The notes below the pieces were generated by a model. It worked only from the letters and a program-made list of their open reading frames with translations, made no database searches and was not told the DNA's origin. 64,000 nucleotides of DNA, taken from the IMG/VR virus record IMGVR_UViG_3300032242_002041, positions 62,001 to 126,000 of that record. The stretch is one strand, 5' to 3'. How positions within the stretch are numbered: position 1 is the stretch's first letter; each line of letters starts with the position of its first letter. Position numbers and translations under genes: made by a program. This document shows, piece after piece, positions 39,843-50,178 of the stretch.

Positions 39843-41172
39843 CTTAGAGTTTCGTAAGCAGGTTCTTGACACTAAAAGTGCCAGCTTTTGTGCGGCCAAA
39901 TGGTACAATGCAACTATTTGGCTAGGTAGTGGTATGACTACAAGCTGTCATCATCCACCTGCACACAAGATTGATCTAGAGGAAATTAAAACTCGTCCTA
40001 GTGCTATACACAACACAGTAGAAAAGAAGATAGATCGACTAAACATGCAGTTAGGCAATCGTCCCAGAGGTTGTGAGTATTGTTGGAAGATCGAAGACAT
40101 GGGTCGCGATGCCATTAGCGACCGTGTATATAAAAGTAAAATTTACCCTATAGAGGCTTTAGATGAAGCAAATAACACCCCACACCAAGCGGACATCAAT
40201 CTTCGTACACTTGAAATCGCATTCGATCGCACTTGCCAATTTGCTTGTAGCTATTGTAACCCTGCTTTCAGTAGTACATGGGTTCGAGACATACAACGCA
40301 ACGGCCCCTATGAGCGTCTGGTGTCTGATGGGCGTAATCACTTTACTCACAGTCACGATAGTGCTCAACTATACCGGTTTGGTGAAGTTAATCCATATAG
40401 CGAAGCGTTCTTTAAGTGGTGGGAAACAGACCTACACAAGACTCTTCAAGAACTAAGAATCACCGGTGGTGAGCCGTTAATGAGCGGTGAAACGTGGAAG
40501 CTGATTGATTGGTTTAAAAATAATCCTGGACGTAGTCAAACACGCTTGGCTATTAATAGTAATCTAGGCAACGAAGTTGATGTAGATAGATTACTAGACG
40601 CAACTCAAAATATTAGTTTAGATTTGTATACCAGTATGGAAAGTGTTGGCCAACCAGCAGAGTATATCCGTGATGGCTTGAACTATTCAGCTTGGGTTAT
40701 GAACATGATCAAGTTGATGGATAGTAAGCGTCTGCGTGGCCTGCACGTTATGTGTACTATTAATGCATTATGCTTAGATACACTTCCAAAACTGCTGACA
40801 GTGTTCATGCGCTGGAAACACCAGTACGGACCGGACTTTCCTAATTTTACTTTAAATATTTTAAGGTTTCCTAGTTTTCAAAGCCCGCTAGTTTTACCAG
40901 ATGATATGCGTACACGTCACAAAGAACAATTGCAAGCCTGGCTTGACACCAATACTACCGATCCTATGTTACAAGAGCACGAACGCAACCATGTACAACG
41001 CCTGATTGATTATTTAGACGTAGTTAAAACTCCGCACAGTGATGCTTTTGAAATGCCCAAGCTACACAACGATTTTAAACAATTTTATCAACAATATGAT
41101 CAACGTCGTGGCAAGAACTTTACACAAACATTCTCTAACTTAGCAAAGTGGTATGACTCAATACAAATATAA
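39835..41172 (+). CDS. Radical SAM protein with N-terminal twitch-like domain
   Basis: CAAKW..SCHHP..CEYCW; CQFACSYC; TGGEP. Confidence 0.9.
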   Translation: MNDLEFRKQVLDTKSASFCAAKWYNATIWLGSGMTTSCHHPPAHKIDLEEIKTRPSAIHNTVEKKIDRLNMQLGNRPRGCEYCWKIEDMGRDAISDRVYKSKIYPIEALDEANNTPHQADINLRTLEIAFDRTCQFACSYCNPAFSSTWVRDIQRNGPYERLVSDGRNHFTHSHDSAQLYRFGEVNPYSEAFFKWWETDLHKTLQELRITGGEPLMSGETWKLIDWFKNNPGRSQTRLAINSNLGNEVDVDRLLDATQNISLDLYTSMESVGQPAEYIRDGLNYSAWVMNMIKLMDSKRLRGLHVMCTINALCLDTLPKLLTVFMRWKHQYGPDFPNFTLNILRFPSFQSPLVLPDDMRTRHKEQLQAWLDTNTTDPMLQEHERNHVQRLIDYLDVVKTPHSDAFEMPKLHNDFKQFYQQYDQRRGKNFTQTFSNLAKWYDSIQI

Positions 41173-42412
41173 CTCCGCCGATCTAGTACAGCCTGTAGAG
41201 CTGACAGAACGTGAAGAATTCTTATTAAAAGATTCAAAAACGTTTTGCATCTATCCATGGATACACTTACACGCTTACCCAACAGGCGAAGCATATCCTT
41301 GCTGTCATGCTGAAATGGCATACCCTGTGGGCAATGCTCGTTATAAAACACTAGAAGAAATTTATCGTGACGCACCTATGCGCAGCCTACGTGATGATAT
41401 GTTAAACGAGCGTCCTAATCCTGCTTGTGGTCGTTGCTATGAGCAAGAAGAGTCTGGATTTTTTAGTGGCCGCCGATCGGCCAACAAGCACCACGGGCAT
41501 CATATCAAGCGCATCGATGATGACAAATTTCAAATGAGCTACTGGGACATACGCTTCAGTAACCTGTGTAACCTAAGTTGTCGTAGCTGTGGACATATAT
41601 TCAGTTCAAGCTGGTATCAGGATCAGGCCAAATTAGCCGGTGGCACATGGAAGGAACAGAATCAGGCATTAAACTATGCCGGACGCACAGAAACAGACAT
41701 GTGGGAACAGTTGATTCCGCACTTGGACTATGTAGAACAAATATATTTTGCTGGCGGCGAGCCATTAATGATGAAAGAGCACTATAATATTTTAGATGAA
41801 CTAGAACGTAGAGGTCGCTTTGATGTGCGTTTAATTTACAATACTAACTTTACACAAACTAAGTTAAAAGATCGCACAGTGTTTGATTATTGGAAGAAGT
41901 TTAAAAGTGTAGCGGTTGGCGCAAGTTTAGACGATCAACACGGTCGTGCTGAATATATTCGCCGCGGCACAGAATGGCATAAAGTACTAGCTAATCGTGC
42001 TGAAATGATTCGTACTTGTCCAAATGTAGATTTTTATATAAGCCCTACATTAAGTATAATGAATGCTTGGAGTCTGACAGATTTTCATCGCCAGTGGACC
42101 GAAACAGGGCTAATACGGGCACAGGATCTTAATGTAAATATTCTTCAGGACCCAGCATACTATAGAATAGATATTGCCACACCGGATTATAAACAAAAAC
42201 TAATTGCTCGTTATCAAGAGCATCTTGAATGGTTACGTCCGCAAGACCCCTTACAACGTGCAACAGTGGGATTTGAAAGTGCTATTAATTTTTTACAAAC
42301 CACAGATAATACTGCACTGCTACCAAAGTTTTGGGCAAAGACGCACGAACTTGATGCAATACGTAACGAGAACATACTAGAAGTAATACCCGAATTGAAA
42401 GAATTACTATGA
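41153..42412 (+). CDS. Radical SAM protein with N-terminal twitch-like domain
   Basis: CIYPW..YPCC..CGRC; CNLSCRSC; AGGEP. Confidence 0.9.
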   Translation: MTQYKYNSADLVQPVELTEREEFLLKDSKTFCIYPWIHLHAYPTGEAYPCCHAEMAYPVGNARYKTLEEIYRDAPMRSLRDDMLNERPNPACGRCYEQEESGFFSGRRSANKHHGHHIKRIDDDKFQMSYWDIRFSNLCNLSCRSCGHIFSSSWYQDQAKLAGGTWKEQNQALNYAGRTETDMWEQLIPHLDYVEQIYFAGGEPLMMKEHYNILDELERRGRFDVRLIYNTNFTQTKLKDRTVFDYWKKFKSVAVGASLDDQHGRAEYIRRGTEWHKVLANRAEMIRTCPNVDFYISPTLSIMNAWSLTDFHRQWTETGLIRAQDLNVNILQDPAYYRIDIATPDYKQKLIARYQEHLEWLRPQDPLQRATVGFESAINFLQTTDNTALLPKFWAKTHELDAIRNENILEVIPELKELL

Positions 42413-43626
42413 ACATTCCACACGATAAATTTTGCGTACTACCTTGGGTCAGTTTAGAAACCAGCCCAATTGGCACAGTACGTCCTTGTTGTCTAGCCGA
42501 GGATGAACTGGTAGACAATGATGGCAATAAATTTGATTTGTCTACTGCTAGTTTTAGTAGCATACAAACAAGTAACAGTATGCAACGCTTGCGACAAGAG
42601 TTTATAGATAAAAAACAACCACAGACTTGTCGTAAATGTTTTCGTGAAGAACGTGCAGGCCGTACCAGTAAACGTATGCATACCTTGGATAGACTTAAAC
42701 ACATGCTACCCGATCAAGAGTGGACAGCAGATGCCAAGCCTTTGATGTTTTTAGATTTAAAATTAGGAAACATTTGCAATTTAAAATGTCGTATCTGCGG
42801 GTCATGGAGCTCCAGTACCTTTGCTACGGAAGAACTACAGTGGTTAAGATATAACGAAGATCGCAAAGATAATCATCACTATCGGATGTTACAGCAAGGC
42901 GCATGGCCTAGAGAAAATCCTACATTTTGGACTGAAATAGAAAAAGTCAGCGAGCAAATACAGTATATAGAATTTACCGGCGGCGAACCCTTTATGATTC
43001 GGGAGCATTTTAACATGCTACAAGGGTTAGTTGATCGTGGAATTGCCAGTGGGATAGAAATACACTATAATACCAACGGCACACAATGGCCAGAACATGC
43101 AGAAGCTATATGGCAGCATTTTAAAGCAGTTGAAATAGCATTTAGTATTGACGATGTGGGTGAGCGTTTTGAGTATCAACGCTCAAATGCCGTATGGACA
43201 GAAGTAGAGGCAAATATAGCTCGCTTTAAAGAATTAAAAAATCGTAATACAAATATACAATTACAGGTATGTAGTACTGTTAATGTGTTCAATGTTTACT
43301 ATCTTGAAACCCTGGCTAACTGGATTGGCCAACAAGGATTTGATTTTGTTTACTGGAATATGATGCACGAAGCATATTATTTTAGTATTAATACTCTGCC
43401 TGAAACAGCTAAACAAGCCATTGCTGAACATTTGATAACAGCTCAAGTTGACGGTCGCACAAGAGTAGAATTTGACCGCATCATAGATTTTATGAATAAC
43501 GGCGTTAGTCTTGATGGTAATATTCTGCGTATGCGTATAGCCGATTTAGATCGCAAACGAGAACAAAACTTAGCTCAAGTCAAGCCAGAGTTCGCTAAAC
43601 TTATAGATTATAATGGACCAGACTGA
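42409..43626 (+). CDS. Radical SAM protein with N-terminal twitch-like domain
   Basis: CVLPW..RPCC..CRKC; CNLKCRIC; TGGEP; NTNG. Confidence 0.9.
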   Translation: MNIPHDKFCVLPWVSLETSPIGTVRPCCLAEDELVDNDGNKFDLSTASFSSIQTSNSMQRLRQEFIDKKQPQTCRKCFREERAGRTSKRMHTLDRLKHMLPDQEWTADAKPLMFLDLKLGNICNLKCRICGSWSSSTFATEELQWLRYNEDRKDNHHYRMLQQGAWPRENPTFWTEIEKVSEQIQYIEFTGGEPFMIREHFNMLQGLVDRGIASGIEIHYNTNGTQWPEHAEAIWQHFKAVEIAFSIDDVGERFEYQRSNAVWTEVEANIARFKELKNRNTNIQLQVCSTVNVFNVYYLETLANWIGQQGFDFVYWNMMHEAYYFSINTLPETAKQAIAEHLITAQVDGRTRVEFDRIIDFMNNGVSLDGNILRMRIADLDRKREQNLAQVKPEFAKLIDYNGPD

Positions 43627-44908
43627 TACCCTGTGCATGGCACCGTGGACACACACTTATCTAAGTCCACAAACAGAACGCCGTATGTGCTGTGCTAGCC
43701 GCGAACCTGCACAGAGCTTTGAACAGTATATAGATACTGGTTCTGGAACAGGCCAATACCATCCACTAACTCTTGAAGAACACTGGAATTCAGAGCATAT
43801 GCGTTCGGTCAGACGCAGAATGATGGCTGGGGAAACTTTACCCGAGTGCGACGTGTGTAACAGTAAACTATTAAACACAGACGTTTACCGCAGTTATTTT
43901 AATCAATTATTTGCTCACAAGCGTGATGAAGTTATAGCCAACACAGACGCCACTGGTTATACTACTGTAAAACCGGTTAGTTGGGATTATCGTTTTAGTA
44001 ATCTCTGCAACTTTAAATGTCGTACATGCGGGGACATGTTGTCTAGCAGTTGGGAAGTTGAACAACGCACCAACAATATGATTGACTGGACAAATAGTAA
44101 AAACAATTGGATGCGCCCAGCGGTACGAAAAGAAATTAGTCAGTTCCAAGATACTCAAATTGAGCAAGAGTTCGCCCAAGCAGTAGAACAACATCGTGTA
44201 GAAGAAGTATATTGGGTCGGCGGCGAACCTTTGATGTATGAACAACACTGGCGCTATATGCGTCGTATAATTGAATTAGGAGATGGACCACGTGTTTACG
44301 CTAGATACAATACTAACCTTAGTCGTGTTAATTACAGGGGTGTCAGCTTGTATGCTGATATTCTTGCCCACATTCGTGACTGGCAAATCTGCGCAAGTCT
44401 TGACGGAACAGGAGCCACAGGAGAATACATCCGTACAGGACTGGACTACCCTGCTTGGCTAGAAAATTTTAAACAAGGACTTGACTATGCACAGCATCGT
44501 AGACAGATGCGTATAGACTTTACGCTGACCTTACCAGGCTTGTTTGAAGTAGCACGTATACAGCAACTAGCAGATGAGTTGGGAGTAGACATATTGGCCA
44601 AAGTAGTATTCAGCTTTTCGCCAGATATTATCTTAAGCCCGTTAGCATTGCCTAGAGAGTTACTGGACAAAACGATAGATAGTCTAGTAACCAATTTGCC
44701 TGCAGGTGCATTACAGGACGTGTTGCTACAGTTAAAGCATCGTCCTACATTTAGTGAACAATGGCCAGATACACATCAAGCTGGATTAGTTCGAGGCAAA
44801 CAACGTATGCTAAAATTAGAAGCCATACGCGGCGATGCTTATCGACTTGCGGATATATTAAATAATGATAAAGATATAGGAGCATGGTATGAATCAATTG
44901 TTACTTGA
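43613..44908 (+). CDS. Radical SAM protein with N-terminal twitch-like domain
   Basis: CMAPW..RMCC..CDVC; CNFKCRTC; VGGEP; SLDG. Confidence 0.9.
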   Translation: MDQTDTLCMAPWTHTYLSPQTERRMCCASREPAQSFEQYIDTGSGTGQYHPLTLEEHWNSEHMRSVRRRMMAGETLPECDVCNSKLLNTDVYRSYFNQLFAHKRDEVIANTDATGYTTVKPVSWDYRFSNLCNFKCRTCGDMLSSSWEVEQRTNNMIDWTNSKNNWMRPAVRKEISQFQDTQIEQEFAQAVEQHRVEEVYWVGGEPLMYEQHWRYMRRIIELGDGPRVYARYNTNLSRVNYRGVSLYADILAHIRDWQICASLDGTGATGEYIRTGLDYPAWLENFKQGLDYAQHRRQMRIDFTLTLPGLFEVARIQQLADELGVDILAKVVFSFSPDIILSPLALPRELLDKTIDSLVTNLPAGALQDVLLQLKHRPTFSEQWPDTHQAGLVRGKQRMLKLEAIRGDAYRLADILNNDKDIGAWYESIVT

Positions 44909-45944
44909 CGTAATAGAAATGGATCTTGGGACTCCAGGCAATTTGTTCACGGTTTACATCGATGTACACAATAGCAGTTTAGGTCGCAAATGGTTAACAG
45001 CACTGAATGAGTTAATTCGTAAAGATTATCATTTAGAAAAGAACTATTGTTTCTTTGGGTTTGCTGATAGCGAGCGCGACGGTGCTTATCTAATAACACA
45101 AATTAATACCAGCATAGCAGAAATCAATGCGGCCAAACTTGGCTATATAATCAATGATGTATTCACATTGGAATCTGTCGTGGATTCAGAATATCAATTA
45201 AATCACGAGCGGTTTAATCAGTTGCATCGTTACTTTGAAGACTTACAGGGCGTAAGTGGTCGCATGAGCCCTTACTATAATGATGCTGACACAGCCACAC
45301 GCTGGCATATTCGCCAGCTAAATTTGCTGTGTCATGAGTTTGAATCCTGGGCATTAAGCTATCGCAAAAAACATACAGCTCCCGAATGGCAACGGCCCAG
45401 TCAACTCATGTGCTGGTTAAACAGTCCACGCTTTATATTAGATGATGAAGACTATGAACTATTTGGCATAGAAAGCATTAATCGCCCAATGGGTGGAGTA
45501 TTTGTTGGAGTTAATAAAGCTGTGGGCAAGCATCATTGGGAAGTATTTGTTGATGAAGCTGGCTACGATCCAGAACATCGTACTGACTCATTAACCACAA
45601 CAACGCTAAAACCACAAACTGAAGCTGCTGGCGATTTTGATATAGAGTGGGCACAAAATCCAGCAGGTAACCCGTGGCAAACCAAACACTTGGCAGACTT
45701 TAGAACTTGGTTAATAAACAACGGATTTGATCCAGATGATAAATCATTGACCATTGGGCATCCACAGGTAGGACAAGTGGATTTAGCTCGTAGCTTTGGT
45801 ACAGAAGATTACCGCTACGTATGGGCCAAGTTAAATACACATCTAAATGTATATGCTATTAGAACTAGTAACGCCACAGTAGTATATGAATACAGCTGGA
45901 ATGACGTAGATTATAAGGAGCACCAAATAAAATGTCTTGGATAA
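44889..45944 (+). CDS. Hypothetical protein with His/Glu motifs
   Basis: 351 aa; AGGAG RBS; NQLHRYFE and LNLLCHEFE. Confidence 0.7.
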   Translation: MNQLLLDVIEMDLGTPGNLFTVYIDVHNSSLGRKWLTALNELIRKDYHLEKNYCFFGFADSERDGAYLITQINTSIAEINAAKLGYIINDVFTLESVVDSEYQLNHERFNQLHRYFEDLQGVSGRMSPYYNDADTATRWHIRQLNLLCHEFESWALSYRKKHTAPEWQRPSQLMCWLNSPRFILDDEDYELFGIESINRPMGGVFVGVNKAVGKHHWEVFVDEAGYDPEHRTDSLTTTTLKPQTEAAGDFDIEWAQNPAGNPWQTKHLADFRTWLINNGFDPDDKSLTIGHPQVGQVDLARSFGTEDYRYVWAKLNTHLNVYAIRTSNATVVYEYSWNDVDYKEHQIKCLG

Positions 45945-46033
45945 AAAATATTATCAATCGTATTAAGTTAGAAATTCGTTATCGTAAAAAATTAAAAAAA
46001 ATGTACGACGAAGATCCTTTTATTTACTTTTAA
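45932..46033 (+). CDS. 33-aa basic peptide, copy 1; absent from the ORF track
   Basis: MSWIKNIINRIKLEIRYRKKLKKMYDEDPFIYF*; fills the gap; paralog at 46555. Confidence 0.75.
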   Translation: MSWIKNIINRIKLEIRYRKKLKKMYDEDPFIYF

Positions 46034-46034
46034 T

Positions 46035-46568
46035 ATGAACATAACTATTCAAAAAGACATTTGTACTTGGATTACAGAATTTGTTGAGGTGAACCATAAA
46101 TTTTATAATTACAAATTCCCACCGTGTCCTTATGCTAAATCGGCTAGATTAAAAAATTTAGTCGATGTACAAGCATATGAACAAAATCCTATCACCTTTA
46201 CCTTAGATCAAATTGACAATTTATTACAACATAAAAAATTTAATGTAAGAGTGTTAGTGTACCCTTACTATATGCGATGGAATTATTTGTTGCGATGGAA
46301 AATAGATAAACTAAATCAAACATTAATAAAAGATGATTACTACGCACAATATGGAGCAGCAATTAGTACAAAAAGCCAATACCCTGGACTGTTTAAAAAT
46401 AAACCGTATTTTATTATTATAATTAATAAATTATCAGATGTGTTGGCAGCACAGGAATCACTAGACAAGACAGATTATTATCAAAATTGGACTCCTCAAC
46501 ATTATCATAATGTAGTTGTAAAAAGAAAAAACATATTTAGGAAAGTAAAACAAAATGTCATGGATTAA
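46035..46568 (+). CDS. Hypothetical AT-rich gene with a PPCPYA motif
   Basis: 177-aa ORF flanked by the two peptide genes. Confidence 0.7.
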   Translation: MNITIQKDICTWITEFVEVNHKFYNYKFPPCPYAKSARLKNLVDVQAYEQNPITFTLDQIDNLLQHKKFNVRVLVYPYYMRWNYLLRWKIDKLNQTLIKDDYYAQYGAAISTKSQYPGLFKNKPYFIIIINKLSDVLAAQESLDKTDYYQNWTPQHYHNVVVKRKNIFRKVKQNVMD

Positions 46569-46656
46569 AAATATTTACAATCGTATTACACTTGAAATTC
46601 GTTATCGCAAAAAGTTAAAAGAATTGCGCAAAAGAGATCCCTTTATCTACAAATGA
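46555..46656 (+). CDS. 33-aa basic peptide, copy 2; absent from the ORF track
   Basis: MSWIKNIYNRITLEIRYRKKLKELRKRDPFIYK*; ATGA overlap with the carbamoyltransferase start. Confidence 0.8.
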   Translation: MSWIKNIYNRITLEIRYRKKLKELRKRDPFIYK

Positions 46657-48107
46657 ATATTCTAGGTATTAGTGCAGGGTTTCATGACGCCTCTGCTACA
46701 GTAATCGACAGTGCAGGTAATATAGCGTATGCTGGACACGCAGAACGTTATAGCAAACGTAAGAATGACCCAGATTTACACCCAGCAATGTTTTGGGAAT
46801 TAGCCTGCGGACGTCATATTGATCATATTGCCTATTACGAAACTCCTTGGAAGAAACAGTTACGTCAACTATATTCAGGACAAGGTGTAGAGTGGTCAAA
46901 GTTAACTACTCATCAGATACTGAAGAAGCAACTGCAGGGATTCTTCAGCCATGTTCCTACTACAACATACAATCATCATTTAAGTCACGCAGCCGCAGGC
47001 TTTCAAACAAGTCCGTTTGATCAGGCCACAGTAGTTGTTATTGATGCCATTGGAGAGTGGGATACTATTAGTATTTTTGGAGCAGAATATAGTAGTGCAG
47101 GCCGCGCAACATACAAGCGGCTTTGGAGACAACGTTATCCTCAAAGCCTTGGATTATTTTATAGTGCTATTACAGAACGTATCGGTTTACGCCCAATGGA
47201 AGATGAATATATTACCATGGGCATGAGTGCTTGGGGTAAGCCTGCATATACCGATACCATGAGTATCCTGCTCAAAGAAAACTTGCACGTGGGCATTGAT
47301 CACATGTTCTTGCCTTTGGCACGAGACGTAGACATTGCCGCAAGTGCGCAGGCCATCATTGAACAAGAGATATATAGTGTAATGCAACGAGCCCGTGACT
47401 TTGGGTGGAGCTCAAATTTAGTATATCAAGGCGGAGTTGCACTTAACTGTCTTGCAAATAGATATCTTGGTGAATATTTTGAAGAAATATGGATTATGCC
47501 TAACCCTGGCGATGCTGGTAGCAGTCTTGGAGCTGCTGCCCTCGCCTATGGTGGGCCAATTAAGTTTGATCATGCATTCCTGGGTACAGAAATCAGCGGC
47601 GACTATCCTGTTGATGCCATCATCCGTAGCTTACTCAGGGATAAGATCGTTGGAGTTGCTTCAGGACGAGCCGAATTCGGTCCTAGGGCACTGGGTAATA
47701 GAAGTCTCCTCGCCGACCCCAGAGGACCGGATATAAAGGATCGAGTAAATGAAATCAAGCGTAGACAGCAATTTAGGCCATTTGCGCCGGTTATTCTGGA
47801 GGAATATGCTGATCAGTATTTTGATATCCCTAGTGGTTTCTGTGACACTAGGTATATGCAGGTCGTCGGTCGTTGTAGGCATCCTGACCTATTTCCTGCT
47901 ATTACCCACATTGACGGTACTAGTAGGATACAGACTGTGCCTAAAGACAGAAGTGGAATCAGACAGTTACTAGAAGCCTGGCATGACAGAACCAATTGCC
48001 CTATGTTATTAAACACCAGCCTTAACATACGCGGCGAGCCAATGGTAAACGATCGTCGAGATGCCGACCGTTTTGAACAGCTATACGGAGTCAAGGTACA
48101 TAGCTAA
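46653..48107 (+). CDS. O-carbamoyltransferase, NodU/CmcH/TobZ family
   Basis: HDASA, ERYSKRK, HHLSHAA, DAIGE, GGVALNC, GDAG, EFGPRALGNRS, RPFAP and NTSLNIRGEP. Confidence 0.95.
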   Translation: MNILGISAGFHDASATVIDSAGNIAYAGHAERYSKRKNDPDLHPAMFWELACGRHIDHIAYYETPWKKQLRQLYSGQGVEWSKLTTHQILKKQLQGFFSHVPTTTYNHHLSHAAAGFQTSPFDQATVVVIDAIGEWDTISIFGAEYSSAGRATYKRLWRQRYPQSLGLFYSAITERIGLRPMEDEYITMGMSAWGKPAYTDTMSILLKENLHVGIDHMFLPLARDVDIAASAQAIIEQEIYSVMQRARDFGWSSNLVYQGGVALNCLANRYLGEYFEEIWIMPNPGDAGSSLGAAALAYGGPIKFDHAFLGTEISGDYPVDAIIRSLLRDKIVGVASGRAEFGPRALGNRSLLADPRGPDIKDRVNEIKRRQQFRPFAPVILEEYADQYFDIPSGFCDTRYMQVVGRCRHPDLFPAITHIDGTSRIQTVPKDRSGIRQLLEAWHDRTNCPMLLNTSLNIRGEPMVNDRRDADRFEQLYGVKVHS

Positions 48108-48886
48108 TGAATAAAAATATTATATTTTGTGGAGATAGTTTTGCCGCCAGTTATAAGGAAGTCGGTGTGTGTTTTTATTATCCTGGTTGCCAAAATAATC
48201 CACTCAATAATAATCAAGACCGCGGTCGCGGTCCAATCAAGTGGTCCATAGCGCACCCTAGTCAAGTAGCCAGCCACTATGGATATAATTTGTATAATTT
48301 TGCATATGGTGGTAAAAGTTGGTGGTACAGTAGATGTGTAATGTTTAATTATTTGCGTGATTTTCCGGAGCTACTGGAAAATACTCAAGCCATGGTATTC
48401 TTTCATACTGACTCGCACCGTTTAAATATCAGTTCAAAATTTGAGTCTGACAACAACACCTGGAAGACCGTACAGAAATTGTGGAAAATGGATCTAATAG
48501 ACGAGGATTTTCAACCTTGGGCTCAAATGCAATGGTTTAAAGAAATTGATCAACATTTCGGTTCAGTACCTAGCATACATTTTCACTGTTTTCCAGAAAC
48601 TGTACAATACGATTCTTTTTTGCCAGGTATGAGGTTTACTACACCATTGATACACTTATCTGTAGGCGAACTCACTGGATCTGATTCAGAAATAAGTACC
48701 CAATTAAGTGACAACGAAACTCGTGTCAATCATTTAAATGCACACAATAACCAAGCATTAGCTGATGTAATTATCAATGCGTTAGATAACTATCAACCGG
48801 GTAGTTATCCTATAGACACTTCAAAGTTTGATCTGATCAATCCCAATGCCAGTAAATGGCCCACACTGGGTTATGGAACTAAGTAA
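48107..48886 (+). CDS. SGNH/GDSL-like protein (possible esterase or acyltransferase)
   Basis: FCGDSFA, N.AYGGKS and NHLN motifs. Confidence 0.55.
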   Translation: MNKNIIFCGDSFAASYKEVGVCFYYPGCQNNPLNNNQDRGRGPIKWSIAHPSQVASHYGYNLYNFAYGGKSWWYSRCVMFNYLRDFPELLENTQAMVFFHTDSHRLNISSKFESDNNTWKTVQKLWKMDLIDEDFQPWAQMQWFKEIDQHFGSVPSIHFHCFPETVQYDSFLPGMRFTTPLIHLSVGELTGSDSEISTQLSDNETRVNHLNAHNNQALADVIINALDNYQPGSYPIDTSKFDLINPNASKWPTLGYGTK

Positions 48887-48891
48887 ACATA

Positions 48892-50178
48892 ATGAATCCA
48901 CCAATATTTCCAATACAAACAGAAACAGGGTGTCTGCTTAAATGGGCCTGGAGTACTATATATCTAGGGCAGGGCAAGACAGCAAGTTGTCATAGAGTTG
49001 ATCAACATACAATAGATCCCAATAATGTTGGTAATTTTCATAATCAACCTGAAAAGATACTGGCCAGAGAATTAATGCTCGACGGTAAATGGCCTGGCAA
49101 AGGATGCGAATACTGTAAAAAAATTGAAGATGCCGGCGGCATGAGCGATCGTATATATCAGCTAGAACAAGTTGAAAACAATAAAAATTATGAAATAATT
49201 CCCAAGGCATTGGTAAACAATCCACAGGCCACTCATGTGGTTCCTACCATATTAGAGATATACTTTAACAATACTTGCAACATGAGCTGTTTATATTGTG
49301 GCAGTCATTTTAGCTCCAAGTGGGAAGAAGAAAATCGTCGATTTGGGGAATATCGTAGTGAACGCTTGCGCTTTGGCTACAACTTGGCACAGAATCCCAA
49401 TTATGAACAAATGCTAGCCGACTTCTGGACCTGGTTAGCAAAAGACAATAATTATTTACATATTAGACAATATCAAATAGCCGGAGGTGAACCCTTTTAT
49501 CAGAAAGAATTTGATCAGAGCATTGAATTTTGGGAACAGCATCCCAATCCTGATCTTACTTTCAATATGATAACTAATCTTAAAGTGGCACCCAAAAAGT
49601 TTCGCAGCTACATAGACAAGTTTGGTGACATGGTTCGCGATGGAAAGCTAAGGAAATTACAAATCAGCAGCAGCTTAGACTGCTGGGGCCCCGAACAAGA
49701 ATATGTGCGTTGGGGATTAGATCTCAGTGAATGGCAGGAAAATTTTGAATATCTATTAGATAAACCCTGGGTGCAACAGTGCATCAACAGTGCTGTTAGC
49801 GCACTTACTATAAAGACACTGCCAGAGTTAATTAAAAATATAATACAATGGAATAGTCAGGCAGAAGGAATAAAAAAAATATACTATAGTTTTATGAGTA
49901 TCATGTATCCTAAACAAATGGATCCTGCTATATTTGGCGCTGGCGTGTTTGACGATGACTTTGCACTGGTATTAGAATTAATGGATCAAATTCCTAATCC
50001 TTCGCCTGCTGATCGGTCCAGTAGAGCACACATGCAAGGTATAGCACAACAAATAGCACAAGCACCTAGAGATGTAAACAGCATTGAGTGTTTACAAGAA
50101 TATCTTACTGAACTAGATCGTCGCCGCGATACCAATTGGCGCGAGTTATTTCCCTGGTTAGATCGAGACTGGCGCTAA
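48892..50178 (+). CDS. Radical SAM protein with N-terminal twitch-like domain
   Basis: CLLKW..SCHR..CEYC; CNMSCLYC; AGGEP. Confidence 0.9.
   Translation: MNPPIFPIQTETGCLLKWAWSTIYLGQGKTASCHRVDQHTIDPNNVGNFHNQPEKILARELMLDGKWPGKGCEYCKKIEDAGGMSDRIYQLEQVENNKNYEIIPKALVNNPQATHVVPTILEIYFNNTCNMSCLYCGSHFSSKWEEENRRFGEYRSERLRFGYNLAQNPNYEQMLADFWTWLAKDNNYLHIRQYQIAGGEPFYQKEFDQSIEFWEQHPNPDLTFNMITNLKVAPKKFRSYIDKFGDMVRDGKLRKLQISSSLDCWGPEQEYVRWGLDLSEWQENFEYLLDKPWVQQCINSAVSALTIKTLPELIKNIIQWNSQAEGIKKIYYSFMSIMYPKQMDPAIFGAGVFDDDFALVLELMDQIPNPSPADRSSRAHMQGIAQQIAQAPRDVNSIECLQEYLTELDRRRDTNWRELFPWLDRDWR

Noticed and set aside
39739-45840. Intragenic TAAATA hexamers (about 39740, 44859, 45832) as late promoters
   Set aside because: They lie within coding sequence in AT-rich DNA and cannot be told from chance without start-site data.
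28609-46656. Repeat pairs (28609/28695 and 45932/46555) as DGR template/variable repeats
   Set aside because: No reverse transcriptase in the window; mismatches are not confined to adenines and many are synonymous.
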